DNA of 64,000 nt from a bacterium. GTDB taxonomy: Bacteria > Armatimonadota > Zipacnadia > Zipacnadales > UBA11051. Shown here piece after piece: positions 11,101-19,326 of the stretch. Where the stretch lies: assembly GCA_030604405.1 (NCBI GenBank), contig JAUVVY010000004.1:86853-150852 (forward strand). The letters are read 5' to 3'. Made by a program: the position numbers and the translations under genes. Position 1 is the stretch's first letter; each line of letters begins with the position of its first letter. Below the pieces are notes generated by a model. That model ran no database searches. It was given only the letters and a program-made list of their open reading frames with translations, and was not told where the DNA came from.

Positions 11101-11978
11101 TTGTGGTGCTGGCAATCGAGACGAAGCTGGGCACGGACCTCGTTGTGAGCCAGCTTGAGCCGGCTGAGATCGAGATTGACACTCCGGCAGGCAAGCTGCA
11201 AACTGATGCCGCAGTCGCCGTTATATCCGTCCAGGACGGCCGCGTCGCGTTCGCCGCCGCCGCTGCAGGAAGCATGCTGCGGCTGAATGGGAAAGAACCG
11301 CCTATGGAGGAATTGCAGCGAGATTCAGCACTTGGCGAGCAGGCGAGTGCAAGCCCCGTTTCTGCCTCTTCAAGGGAGCCCTGGGCAAAGCCGATGTGGG
11401 TGATTCACCGAGGCGGCGAAGACGGCGTGCCGGAAAACACGATGGTGGCGATTAAAGACTCCGTAGAACTCGGGGCCAAGTATATCGAGATTGACCTCCA
11501 TGCCACCGCAGACGGCAAGATAGTGCTCTTGCATGATGAACTCGACCGCACCACCACCGGCACCGGCAAGCTATCTGAGTACACCTGGGAGCAGGTTAAG
11601 GACCTCGACGCCGGCTCGTGGAAGGACCCCGAATTCAGCCACGCCCGCATACCGTTGCTGTCGGAGGTGCTCGCGTACTGCAAAGAGCATGAGGTAAAGA
11701 TATTGCTCGACATCAAGGACCCCAACGCCGCAGGCGCCAACCTTTACGAACTCCTCGAACGCCACGATATGGTTCAGGACGCCCGGGTCTATATGCTCGC
11801 CGGCGCTTCCCAGCCTGCGGTGAAGGCCGCTTTGGATCCGCGTGTGGTGCAATTCCCCGGCAGCCTGGTTCAGCCGTGGGGCAATGATACGCCCGCTCAA
11901 AAGATGCAGCAGGCGCTGGATAACGAAAAGTCCATGGGCGCCCTTCTGCGCTCGTACCGGCCTGTGCTGGACTTCTAG
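8181..11978 (+). CDS. secreted multidomain protein: heparinase II/III-like polysaccharide lyase domain, CBM-like beta-sandwich, C-terminal glycerophosphodiester phosphodiesterase (GDPD) domain
   Basis: Signal peptide MTMSAQNIFVAVLIIVVLSAVNSFA. Cys4 cluster CFQCPAC...CRLCG. Heparinase II/III C-terminal signature HWGGHHQSDSLNLYYWQDGHELLTDFGY. CBM-like segment with EWVQHTVDF. GDPD signature VIHRGG..PENT...A....GAKYIEIDLHATADGKIVLLHDELDRTTTGTG...T..E...LDAGSW. Confidence 0.7.
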   Translation: MTMSAQNIFVAVLIIVVLSAVNSFADDVIIPADEPLMDWSPWEKYRSTVQHPAGYINAQDLENARENIKRYQWAKDYVQGIEANVVAHLEKFTPEFLEQMIPANSVQRCFQCPACRDKDLPRHPGGAWAWSVDDPEHIKCRLCGTVFPNDEYPETIVLECQSEAGKGQKFSYYGGEPFQQWGYAHCRPSFSGHVRYCKVGWSRGRAYQFALAYALTEKPEYAEVTRKILLRFAEVYPHWLLVSDYGEVADMDPHIAALNLDHLPEDELVYPPNQPNRKLYAGYWQSGKAGGGADAQGGFTQMMLQTYELAHNAKKADGTPLFSEEERIKIERDLILESCIHLYAHKGINNKSVSGRKAVGMVGVALGLPGFVRFGLEGWKLTMDDWFLADGCTPESPGYAMMTLGGMYSLAQALRDYSDPPGYVDQDGNRIDSLNLYEGKYKLVWQRMFEGLQGNLRYPPYADSYRTTALGARFCELLAANYPDNLQYLALLKAYAGDDLSKADRQTALFFRQPGLQEKETPPLRFDDNFFPILCLGQLRSGEHGRKSLALLSATHWGGHHQSDSLNLYYWQDGHELLTDFGYLWDHPMHKMISRTFAHNTGMVDLTGQKAKGRGGYVHLFHTGEKIKVMEASSHAYDKADIYRRTVVQIDHAPDNSYLVDIFRLQADGSRDLVYHGPNSDYQLSGIELQEGKIAPEEKEIRFALRFHLAGETDEIFVDDVSIKLADGTEVAVNPSITEMNEKTDKPAGWNHYSGDGAVEWGASSPGRSDDHCAYLKVTGKPKKRVNQALMHGDTKGYTGTNALQMREGSKGKVSFWIRGKAAACNVGFVMWPNDPNNPGDRQHIALASIPATEEWVQHTVDFSFERSRMDLENVKSAHSPDTWSARWQVAEDMQLSAYHCGQRGEVTCIGDGWGQRDHRNSDLGVTIPYIVRRHKPDEGISAFCTVYEGHKPDAGLVKSAFRLAVPEEQRDNVVVLAIETKLGTDLVVSQLEPAEIEIDTPAGKLQTDAAVAVISVQDGRVAFAAAAAGSMLRLNGKEPPMEELQRDSALGEQASASPVSASSREPWAKPMWVIHRGGEDGVPENTMVAIKDSVELGAKYIEIDLHATADGKIVLLHDELDRTTTGTGKLSEYTWEQVKDLDAGSWKDPEFSHARIPLLSEVLAYCKEHEVKILLDIKDPNAAGANLYELLERHDMVQDARVYMLAGASQPAVKAALDPRVVQFPGSLVQPWGNDTPAQKMQQALDNEKSMGALLRSYRPVLDF

Positions 11979-11979
11979 G

Positions 11980-12077
11980 AAATTGGGGACAGTCACCTAT
12001 TTCCTATCATCTCCGGAGTCTCCACTCCTATTCCTGTATGGGCTAGACTGGCGGAAATAGATGACTGTCCCCAATTT
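11980..12077. repeat. copy B of IR-flanked 5'-leader element (98 bp)
   Basis: Left arm aaattggggacagtcacctatttc, right arm gaaatagatgactgtccccaattt (23/24 complementary). Interior agtctccactcctattcctgtatggg. Followed by ccaggagg and the ATG at 12093. Confidence 0.65.
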
Positions 12078-12092
12078 CCAGGAGGTGATCAG

Positions 12093-12491
12093 ATGTCTTT
12101 TGGAATGTATGCAGCAGGACGAGCGATACTTGGAGCGCTTTATCCGGCCTGGTGGGCGTTCGCCTATCAGATTCCCATCGGCCTGCTGGTGGCCTACATC
12201 GTCTTCTGGCAACAGTCAGAAGACAGAGACAAGCTCAGGACATTGCTGACTCCGGCGGCAATCAGCGGCGGCATAGGTAGCGCCGTGTACGCCCTTTTGG
12301 CAATGCTGCCCCTGGCACTGACAACTGTGATCGGCCTGGTCGCCATGTGGTTCATTGTTTCTTTCACGGCGGATCGCTATCTCGACATTGACCTGGATAA
12401 GAGCAACAGGATCACTGCCGCCATTTGCGTGCCGATATGGATCTTGTGGCTTATCATCGGGGCGGTGTTTGTCGTCCTTCGGGCGAGTTAG
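12093..12491 (+). CDS. small integral membrane protein, about 4 TM helices, hypothetical
   Basis: 132 aa, four hydrophobic segments. Strong RBS (ccaggaggtgatcagATG). Confidence 0.55.
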   Translation: MSFGMYAAGRAILGALYPAWWAFAYQIPIGLLVAYIVFWQQSEDRDKLRTLLTPAAISGGIGSAVYALLAMLPLALTTVIGLVAMWFIVSFTADRYLDIDLDKSNRITAAICVPIWILWLIIGAVFVVLRAS

Positions 12492-12501
12492 AAGCTGGTC
12501 T

Positions 12502-13560
12502 TCAGCCCTTCAGGCATTTGTCGAAGAACGGGAACGCCTTGACGCCGGTAAAGGCGTGGCCGCCCTCGAATATCTCCTGCTGCAGCACTCTCTCCGCGCC
12601 CTGGTCGCGATAGATCCGCTTGAGCGCCTTGTATGCCTTGCGGAAGCTTTTCACAGGTGCCACGTCATCCTCGTCGGCGGTGGTGACCAGCAGCGGCCGC
12701 GGGCAGATTAAGCCGCAGACATCGTCCTGCTCGAAGTAGCGCAGCAGACTGGGCACGTAGTTGCAGTTGCAGTGCGTCACATCCATTATCTGCTCGGTCC
12801 AGTAGCAGAAATAGCCCTGGATGCAGGCCACCTTGATGCGCGCATCAACGGCGCTAAGTAGCTCGGTGGTGTGGCCGCCGCCCGACAGCCCGATACAGCC
12901 CAGAGCCACATTCTTCTCGTCCGGCCGCCGCTTGATCCAGTCAATCAGGTGCATGGCATCCTGCACCCGCAGGCCGATATCGCTGGTGCCGAGCAGAATC
13001 GCGCGGGCGTTGATGTCCACACAGGAATTGCCTACGCCGGTCTCGACCGGATCACCCTGGTCATTGCGCTGGTTGAAGCCGCGCTGGCAGGGCGCATAGA
13101 CCAGGTACCCTCGGCGGGCGAACTGCGCGCCATAGGTGTAGTTGTGTTGTTTGATGGTTTCTTTCTCGCCCGGGCGGCCCTCATCCACACCCGCCACCGG
13201 GTCGGCCCCAAAGGGGCCATGACCGTGCAGAGCCAGCAGGACGCAATCCGGCTTTGCCATCGCGTCAGGCACCAGCCGGTAGAACAGGATGTGGTCGCCG
13301 AAGGGCGATTCCACGGCCCACTTTTCACGCCTGAAGCCCTGGTCCTGCTCTTCGCCCAGAAGCCAGCTTTTCGGCTGCTTTACCCGCACCGGCAAGAAGC
13401 CGAGTAGTTGTTTCAGCTGCTTGCGCGCCTTGGTCTGCCAGCTTTTGAAATTGCGCTTGCCGCCGGCCTCATCGTAGCCCATCAGCCTGGGCATGTGCTC
13501 ATTCATCCCGTTGAGCAGTGCTACGGTGCTTCGCAGCTTGAGTTTGGGGTGCCGCATCAT
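12502..13560 (-). CDS. alpha/beta-hydrolase fold esterase (acetyl-xylan-esterase / dienelactone-hydrolase-like)
   Basis: GLSGGG nucleophile elbow, HGHGPFG region, about 350 aa. Confidence 0.55.
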   Translation of the reverse strand: MMRHPKLKLRSTVALLNGMNEHMPRLMGYDEAGGKRNFKSWQTKARKQLKQLLGFLPVRVKQPKSWLLGEEQDQGFRREKWAVESPFGDHILFYRLVPDAMAKPDCVLLALHGHGPFGADPVAGVDEGRPGEKETIKQHNYTYGAQFARRGYLVYAPCQRGFNQRNDQGDPVETGVGNSCVDINARAILLGTSDIGLRVQDAMHLIDWIKRRPDEKNVALGCIGLSGGGHTTELLSAVDARIKVACIQGYFCYWTEQIMDVTHCNCNYVPSLLRYFEQDDVCGLICPRPLLVTTADEDDVAPVKSFRKAYKALKRIYRDQGAERVLQQEIFEGGHAFTGVKAFPFFDKCLKG

Positions 13561-13594
13561 TCAGCCCTCCCTGTTTACAACCGCGTAGCTCGGG

Positions 13595-15007
13595 CTAGTC
13601 TTTCTCGCCGCTGGCCTCCGTGGAGGGTTTGTCGGCCTTGGCCAGTGTCGGGGCGACGCTGACCGAGGCCACTTGCCCCAGCGGGCTGCCCTGGTCGTTT
13701 TTCAACTCGGCAACCAGACTGGCGGCGTTCTTTTCCGCCGGCAGCGCCTTGTCGAGCTCCACCATTTCACTCACGGAGGCCTTAATCTTCAGCGTCTCAC
13801 CCAACGGCTTGCCGTCTTTATCCTTCAGGTATATGTCCAGCTCACCAGGCGCAAATAGCCCCAACTTGGCGGTTATCTTGAATTCGTCTGCGGTCCTGGT
13901 GACTTTCAGCCGCTCGTTGACGGCGGCCACCTCGCTGACATGGCGCACCGGCCCGGCAACCCGCGTTGCGTACCACTTGACCTGGCTCTCCGCCGTATCG
14001 CCGGGAGCTATTCTCTCCAGAGGGCTGAGTATCCCCAACTCCATGTACGAATGTTCCGCGCTGACCCGCACGGTGATTGTCGAATTGTCTTCGGGATAGT
14101 CCTGAAGCTGGCGCTGGGTAAAGCGCTGCACGAAGGCGTAGTTGCTGATGCTGTCCAGATGTGCCACCCATCCGCCCATAGAATCGGCACCGATGCGACC
14201 TGCCTGCCCGCGGCAGCTTACCTCCAGCAGCAAGTTGTCCTCAATCGGGGTGAACTGGTCAACGCCACCCTCATTGAGATAGACAAACCGCCGCTTGTGC
14301 TTGCTGGCCGGGTTGAGCGGGAAATAAACCTTCGGTTCAGGGGAGAACTTGGCATCTTCGGCAAGCGACCCCAGCAGTTGCGAGGTGTGCTGGATGCTCC
14401 ATTCGACTTCCCGGTCGCTGACGTTCTCAAACTTCTCGGTAATCACCACATTGGTGGTTCCTGTGTACATCACGATATTGCGGGTGATCTGCAGGCCGGT
14501 GACTCTTTTGTCAGCGGGGCTTTTGAGTTCGATTTCCACCTTGCGGCCGCGGCCGGTGATGATCTGGAAGGTCCACCTGCCGCTGTCGAGTGATGAGCCC
14601 TCCGGGTCCGGCGGCCCCTCCCACTTGCTGAGCGGCGCGGGCCATGCCTTGTAACCCCCGAAGTCGCGATAGGTGCGGTTCTCGGCGTCCGCGGCTTCGT
14701 ACTTCTGCCCCAGCTCGTTCGGATTCACCCATAGGAGCGGCCGGCTGCCGAGCTTGTATTCTATGATCCGCCCGCCGATCTCCGGCACCGCTACCAGTGT
14801 CACCAGGCCGTTGCTCATGCGGATGGCTTTCCAGCCGTGGTAGTTAAACTCTTCCGCGGTGGCCTTCGCCGCCGGCTCAGTTATGCCAGTTGAACCGGAA
14901 ATGCCCGGCACTTGCCGAGGCGGCCTGGCCTGCTCCACTCCGCCCCCACAACCGGCCAGCAGAATCAGTATCAATAGACCTGCAACCATCTTCACATACC
15001 CGTTCAT
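13595..15007 (-). CDS. secreted lipoprotein, hypothetical (DUF4380-like?)
   Basis: Lipobox LLAGCGG after a hydrophobic N-terminus. 470 aa beta-rich. Confidence 0.5.
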   Translation of the reverse strand: MNGYVKMVAGLLILILLAGCGGGVEQARPPRQVPGISGSTGITEPAAKATAEEFNYHGWKAIRMSNGLVTLVAVPEIGGRIIEYKLGSRPLLWVNPNELGQKYEAADAENRTYRDFGGYKAWPAPLSKWEGPPDPEGSSLDSGRWTFQIITGRGRKVEIELKSPADKRVTGLQITRNIVMYTGTTNVVITEKFENVSDREVEWSIQHTSQLLGSLAEDAKFSPEPKVYFPLNPASKHKRRFVYLNEGGVDQFTPIEDNLLLEVSCRGQAGRIGADSMGGWVAHLDSISNYAFVQRFTQRQLQDYPEDNSTITVRVSAEHSYMELGILSPLERIAPGDTAESQVKWYATRVAGPVRHVSEVAAVNERLKVTRTADEFKITAKLGLFAPGELDIYLKDKDGKPLGETLKIKASVSEMVELDKALPAEKNAASLVAELKNDQGSPLGQVASVSVAPTLAKADKPSTEASGEKD

Positions 15008-15034
15008 CGCAAACTCTCCTCGGTCAGAGTCCGT

Positions 15035-15910
15035 CTATTTCCACAGCAACGCCGCGCCCGGTGCTACTTCGATCTCCAGCGGCGTCCGTGCCGTCACGTC
15101 GCCATCCACCAGCGCCGGTGCGGGTCGCTCAGTTTCGATCTTCACATTCCGCGCGCGCAGCATCTTCACCTTCGGGTGGCCTTCGTGCTCGCCCCGCAGC
15201 ACCAGCCGCAGACTCCGCAGCACCTCAAGCCGCCCCATCCGCTGCACCAGAATCACGTCCAGCAGCCCGTCATCACAGGCCGCTTTGGGCGCGATTCTAA
15301 AGCCCGCTCCGTAGGCATTGCCGTTGGCCACTGCGACGAGCAGCCACTCGTCCTCAAAGCTGCACCCATCAACTTCGACTCGTGCCGGCAGGAAACTGTT
15401 CCCGGCCACTTCGGCAACAACAGCGGGCAAATAGGCCATCAGACCCCGCGAAATGCGCTTGCGACGGTTGATGCGCTCGGCCACGGCCGCATCAAAGCCG
15501 ACGCCGACGGTGTTTATGAAATGCCGCTGCGGATTGCTCAAGCGGCCGAGGTCAACTGCGACGGCTTGGCCATTCAGTAGCTGTTCCGCCGCCTCCGCAA
15601 CATTCTCCTTGATGCCGACAAAGCGGGCGAAGTCATTGCCGGTCCCACACGGCACCAGCCCGCACGGTACACCTGTCCCCAACAGCCCGTTAAGCAGCTC
15701 CGAAAGCGTCCCATCCCCGCCCACACCGACGACCAAGTCATAGCCCGCGCCTGCAGCTTCCCTGGCCAACTCTTCGCCATGGCCCGGCGTCGCAGTCGGT
15801 TGCAAGTCCACGTCCCAGCCGCCCTGCTGTAGCAGCCGCGCCACGCTTTCGGCAATGCTCAGGCCGGTACGCCGCCCGGCCTGCGGGTTCGCTATCAGCC
15901 CAACCTTCAC
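15035..15910 (-). CDS. diacylglycerol/lipid kinase catalytic-domain protein (YegS/BmrU family)
   Basis: MKVGLIANPQAGRR, GGDGTLSEL, GTGNDFAR motifs. 291 aa. Confidence 0.75.
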   Translation of the reverse strand: MKVGLIANPQAGRRTGLSIAESVARLLQQGGWDVDLQPTATPGHGEELAREAAGAGYDLVVGVGGDGTLSELLNGLLGTGVPCGLVPCGTGNDFARFVGIKENVAEAAEQLLNGQAVAVDLGRLSNPQRHFINTVGVGFDAAVAERINRRKRISRGLMAYLPAVVAEVAGNSFLPARVEVDGCSFEDEWLLVAVANGNAYGAGFRIAPKAACDDGLLDVILVQRMGRLEVLRSLRLVLRGEHEGHPKVKMLRARNVKIETERPAPALVDGDVTARTPLEIEVAPGAALLWK

Positions 15911-15950
15911 ATCAACTATTATACCCCGCAGCGCAAATGGTTACCACCGG

Positions 15951-16493
15951 CTAATCACGCCGGCGTACGGTCCGGCCCAGCCAGTCCTTGCTGTCGACCA
16001 TCAGGCGGGCACGCGCACTCACCTGCAAAACAAAGTCATCGCGACGCTCCAAGCCGAAGGGTATGCCTATTCTGCCCCCGGAGGTGGACACCCGCATTGG
16101 CATGTCCTCCCTGCGAAATATAATCGCCTCGACACTCTCCCATGGGTATTGCGTGATTCTGCCGTTGCGGTCAGTAATCTGCAATGCCTTCGATCCAACA
16201 ATGGCCCGGAAGTTCCGCGCCAATTTGACCTCGCGCCAAAACATCCAGCCGCACAGTGCCAGTACGATGATGGGCATCAGGATGCTTACCAGAGTGACAC
16301 TCCACCAGGCCATCACAAAGTCGGGGTCATTCCAGCTCTCTGGCGACACAGTCTTTGCCCAGTAAGGGATCATAAACCGGACGAAAAAGGCGATCAGGCC
16401 GTACAGCGCTGGACCGAATAAAGCCAGAAACATCAGCCACAGATAATATGACGGTCTGGCAAGCCGATAGGTAAAGCTGTCCTCTGTCGCCAT
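15951..16493 (-). CDS. membrane protein, hypothetical
   Basis: Two N-terminal TM helices then a soluble domain. Start probably at Met11 (MATEDSF); the track gives 15951..16523. Confidence 0.4.
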   Translation of the reverse strand: MATEDSFTYRLARPSYYLWLMFLALFGPALYGLIAFFVRFMIPYWAKTVSPESWNDPDFVMAWWSVTLVSILMPIIVLALCGWMFWREVKLARNFRAIVGSKALQITDRNGRITQYPWESVEAIIFRREDMPMRVSTSGGRIGIPFGLERRDDFVLQVSARARLMVDSKDWLGRTVRRRD

Positions 16494-16534
16494 CTGTCGT
16501 GTCCCCCGAGAACTCTGCAGCAATAGGCCGCTGG

Positions 16535-17398
16535 CTACAGCTCCTCGATGTATGCAAGCTCTTCGACGAGCGCCTCTTCGCCGTGGAAATGCTCCAGGAG
16601 CAGCGGAATGCCCAGGTTCTTGACCTTCCTGTGTACCTCGATCGGGATGGTGCCCTTGCCGACGTCGAGGTGCTTGTCCAGGCGGCCCTCTGGCTCAAAC
16701 AGTTCGTGCCCGTTCCAGTGTACGTGGCCGATGGCTTCAGGATCTGAGAGAAAGCGCATGAGTTGCTCGACGCGCTCATCGTGGTCGGCGATGGCATGGA
16801 CCGTGCAGCAGGCGTGCGCGGTGTCGAGACAGAGCTTCAGGTTCTCATGACCCACATCGCGGTAAGACTGCAGCCAGTCATCCGGCTCGATAGCAAAATA
16901 AACGAAGTTCTCGGCGGGCGCAGAGTCCTCCCACGCCATCTCCCCGGCGGCGTTGGTCCAGTAGCGGCGGTTGTTTTCCAACATCAGCCGGAGGCCATTC
17001 TCGCCGGCTGTGTCCGCGAGCCTGCGCAGGCTTTGGATATACAGCTCGTAATCGCCGATCTCTCCGCCCGCCTGCGACTCACACACAAAGCGCTGCGGCG
17101 ACCCGTGAATGACGATCAGGCCGACGTTGGGGAGCAATTCGGCGGTCTGCCTCATCGCGTTTTCGATTATCTGCAGGCTGATGTGCCGAAACTCATTATC
17201 AACGGCCGCGTAGTTCAGACGCCCCAGTGCCGGGGTACTGTAGGGCATATGCACACTGGCGACGCGCTCTGCTATCTCCGGCGGCAGCTCGGTCATTTCC
17301 CGGCTGGCTACCTCGACCGTCAGGTCGTATCTGCACAGCATATCGGCGCCAGGCTCATGTTTAGGTTTCATGTAGATTATCCCGAGCTTCGGGGCCAT
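16535..17398 (-). CDS. sugar phosphate isomerase/epimerase family protein (xylose-isomerase-like TIM barrel), paralog 1
   Basis: DTAHAC, HVHWNGHELFEPEG motifs. The C-terminal 70 aa are near-identical to the neighbour. Confidence 0.5.
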   Translation of the reverse strand: MAPKLGIIYMKPKHEPGADMLCRYDLTVEVASREMTELPPEIAERVASVHMPYSTPALGRLNYAAVDNEFRHISLQIIENAMRQTAELLPNVGLIVIHGSPQRFVCESQAGGEIGDYELYIQSLRRLADTAGENGLRLMLENNRRYWTNAAGEMAWEDSAPAENFVYFAIEPDDWLQSYRDVGHENLKLCLDTAHACCTVHAIADHDERVEQLMRFLSDPEAIGHVHWNGHELFEPEGRLDKHLDVGKGTIPIEVHRKVKNLGIPLLLEHFHGEEALVEELAYIEEL

Positions 17399-17426
17399 CT
17401 ACAGATGTCACCTCCGCGCTTTTTCA

Positions 17427-18287
17427 CTATAGCGCGGCGATATATGCCAGTTCTTCGACCAGCGCCGCTTCGCCGTGAAAATGCTCCAGAACGACAGGGA
17501 TGCCCAGGTTCTTGACCTTCCGGTGCACCTCGATCGGGATGGTGCCCTTGCCGACGTTGAGATGCTTATCCAGGCGGCCTTCGGGTTCAAACAGCTCGTG
17601 CCCGTTCCAGTGTACGTGGCCGATGGCCTCAGGACGCTCCAGATAACTCAGCAGCACCCCTGGGCGCTGGGCATGGTCCTCAAAGGTGTGAGCATAGGTG
17701 CAGGCATGAGCGGTGTCCAGGCAGAGCTTGAAGTTTTCATGGCCCGCGTCATCATACGCCGCCAGCCAGTGCTCCGGCGTGCATCCGAAATAGCGCATAT
17801 CCGGAGTGGCCACGCCGTCTTCCCAGGAGAACTCGCCCGCCGCGTTGACCCAGTAGGCGTTGTTGTTCTCCAAGGTCAGAAGCAGGCCGTGCTCAGCGGA
17901 GAAATCTGCCAGCTCGCGCAGGGCCGAGATGAATAGCTCGTAGTCGCCGATGCGGCCGCCGGCGTGTTCGTGTGCGACCCAGCGATATGGCGCGCCGTGG
18001 ATGACCACCAACCGCGCGCTTGGGAAGTTTTCGGCGGCAAAGACGATCCGCCCCTCGATCATCTCCATGCACAGGCGGCGGAAGTCTGGATCGGTGGCGG
18101 CGTAATTGAGCCGCCCGATGCCCGGCTCGCTCCACGGCATGTGCACGCTGTAGGCCAGATCAGCGGCTTCGGCGAGTGCCACTTCCTCGAAGCCTCTGAC
18201 TACTTCGATGCCCATGTTGTATTTGACCACGATCTCGCGGGTTACGCCGGCGTTGGGGCTGTAGCCGATGTTAAGCTCTGGTAGCAT
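17427..18287 (-). CDS. sugar phosphate isomerase/epimerase family protein (xylose-isomerase-like TIM barrel), paralog 2
   Basis: Tandem paralog of 16535..17398 with the same motifs. Confidence 0.5.
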   Translation of the reverse strand: MLPELNIGYSPNAGVTREIVVKYNMGIEVVRGFEEVALAEAADLAYSVHMPWSEPGIGRLNYAATDPDFRRLCMEMIEGRIVFAAENFPSARLVVIHGAPYRWVAHEHAGGRIGDYELFISALRELADFSAEHGLLLTLENNNAYWVNAAGEFSWEDGVATPDMRYFGCTPEHWLAAYDDAGHENFKLCLDTAHACTYAHTFEDHAQRPGVLLSYLERPEAIGHVHWNGHELFEPEGRLDKHLNVGKGTIPIEVHRKVKNLGIPVVLEHFHGEAALVEELAYIAAL

Positions 18288-18372
18288 TTGGTTGATGCAC
18301 TTTCTCGGATGTGATTAGCGAACAGAACCAACGCCCCGCCAGTGGGACGCCGCTGCGCTATAGGAACTTACC

Positions 18373-19227
18373 TCAGTCCCAGTCCAAATCCGCCACGACC
18401 GACCTGATATAGGCCAGGTCAACTTTGGCGAAGTAGTTGCGGTCGCCCTGACGCGGCGCTTCGAGGCCGATGGGGCCGTCATAGCCCTGGTCCTTCAGTA
18501 TCTCCATGAATTTGTAGTTATCAATGACGCCGTCGGAGATATGGCAGCAGATCCAGCCGCCTCCCGGTACGATATAGACGTTCTTGAGGTGCGTGTAGTA
18601 GATCTTGCCCTTGAGGATGTCGAGGGCCTCTTCGAGCGATTCACCGGTCGGGTGCAGGACGATATTGCCCATGTCAATGTTAGCGCCGACGGCGGGCGAG
18701 TCAATCATGTCCAGCAGCTTCCCGGTTGGTGCGGCGATGTCGGTCAAGGCGACCATGTGGGTCTCGAAGGCGAGGCGAGCGCCGCCTGCTTCAGCGATGG
18801 CGCCGAGGGCCTGGTAAGCTTCGGTGGCCCATTTCCAGTGCTCGTCGCTAGCCGCGCCGGAGCCGCATTTGTCCCACTCGCGGGGGTCAACGTCATCGGG
18901 GCTGATGCCGCCGCACATTGCATTGTACGTCGTCACGCCCATGTCAATTCCACGCTTGAGCACATAGCCCCAGTGCTCCACCTCAGCCTTGCGCTCGTCG
19001 GCATCGTCGGTCATGTAGTTCCCGTGCAGGGCCAGCACCACCTCGATACCTGTCCGCTGCTTCTCCTTGTCCACAAGGTCAAGGTAATCGTCGAGGGCCA
19101 TTGACTCATCCCGCGGGCGGCCGCGCATCTCCACGCCGTCATAGCCGTGTTCGACAGCTTTGTCGAAGGTGGTCTCGACCGAATAACCTGTCTCGAAGTA
19201 GTTGCAGTGCATGATGAAATTAGGCAT
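18373..19227 (-). CDS. sugar phosphate isomerase/epimerase (xylose-isomerase-like TIM barrel)
   Basis: AFETHMVALTD, THLKNVY motifs. 284 aa. Confidence 0.6.
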   Translation of the reverse strand: MPNFIMHCNYFETGYSVETTFDKAVEHGYDGVEMRGRPRDESMALDDYLDLVDKEKQRTGIEVVLALHGNYMTDDADERKAEVEHWGYVLKRGIDMGVTTYNAMCGGISPDDVDPREWDKCGSGAASDEHWKWATEAYQALGAIAEAGGARLAFETHMVALTDIAAPTGKLLDMIDSPAVGANIDMGNIVLHPTGESLEEALDILKGKIYYTHLKNVYIVPGGGWICCHISDGVIDNYKFMEILKDQGYDGPIGLEAPRQGDRNYFAKVDLAYIRSVVADLDWD

Positions 19228-19326
19228 TGTCTCTCAACTCTTTTCTCACGCCTGAATTATCTGCTTTCCAGCAGGTACGCGCTTAGCCTGGCGGCAAACT
19301 CAACCGCAAAGCTGTCGGGCTAGAAA

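Noticed and set aside
11842-12212. Small ORFs 11842-12060(+), 11997-12212(-) and 22132-22401(+) overlapping the IR-flanked leader elements
   Set aside because: They are generated by the palindromic repeat arms and are not conserved between copies as proteins.
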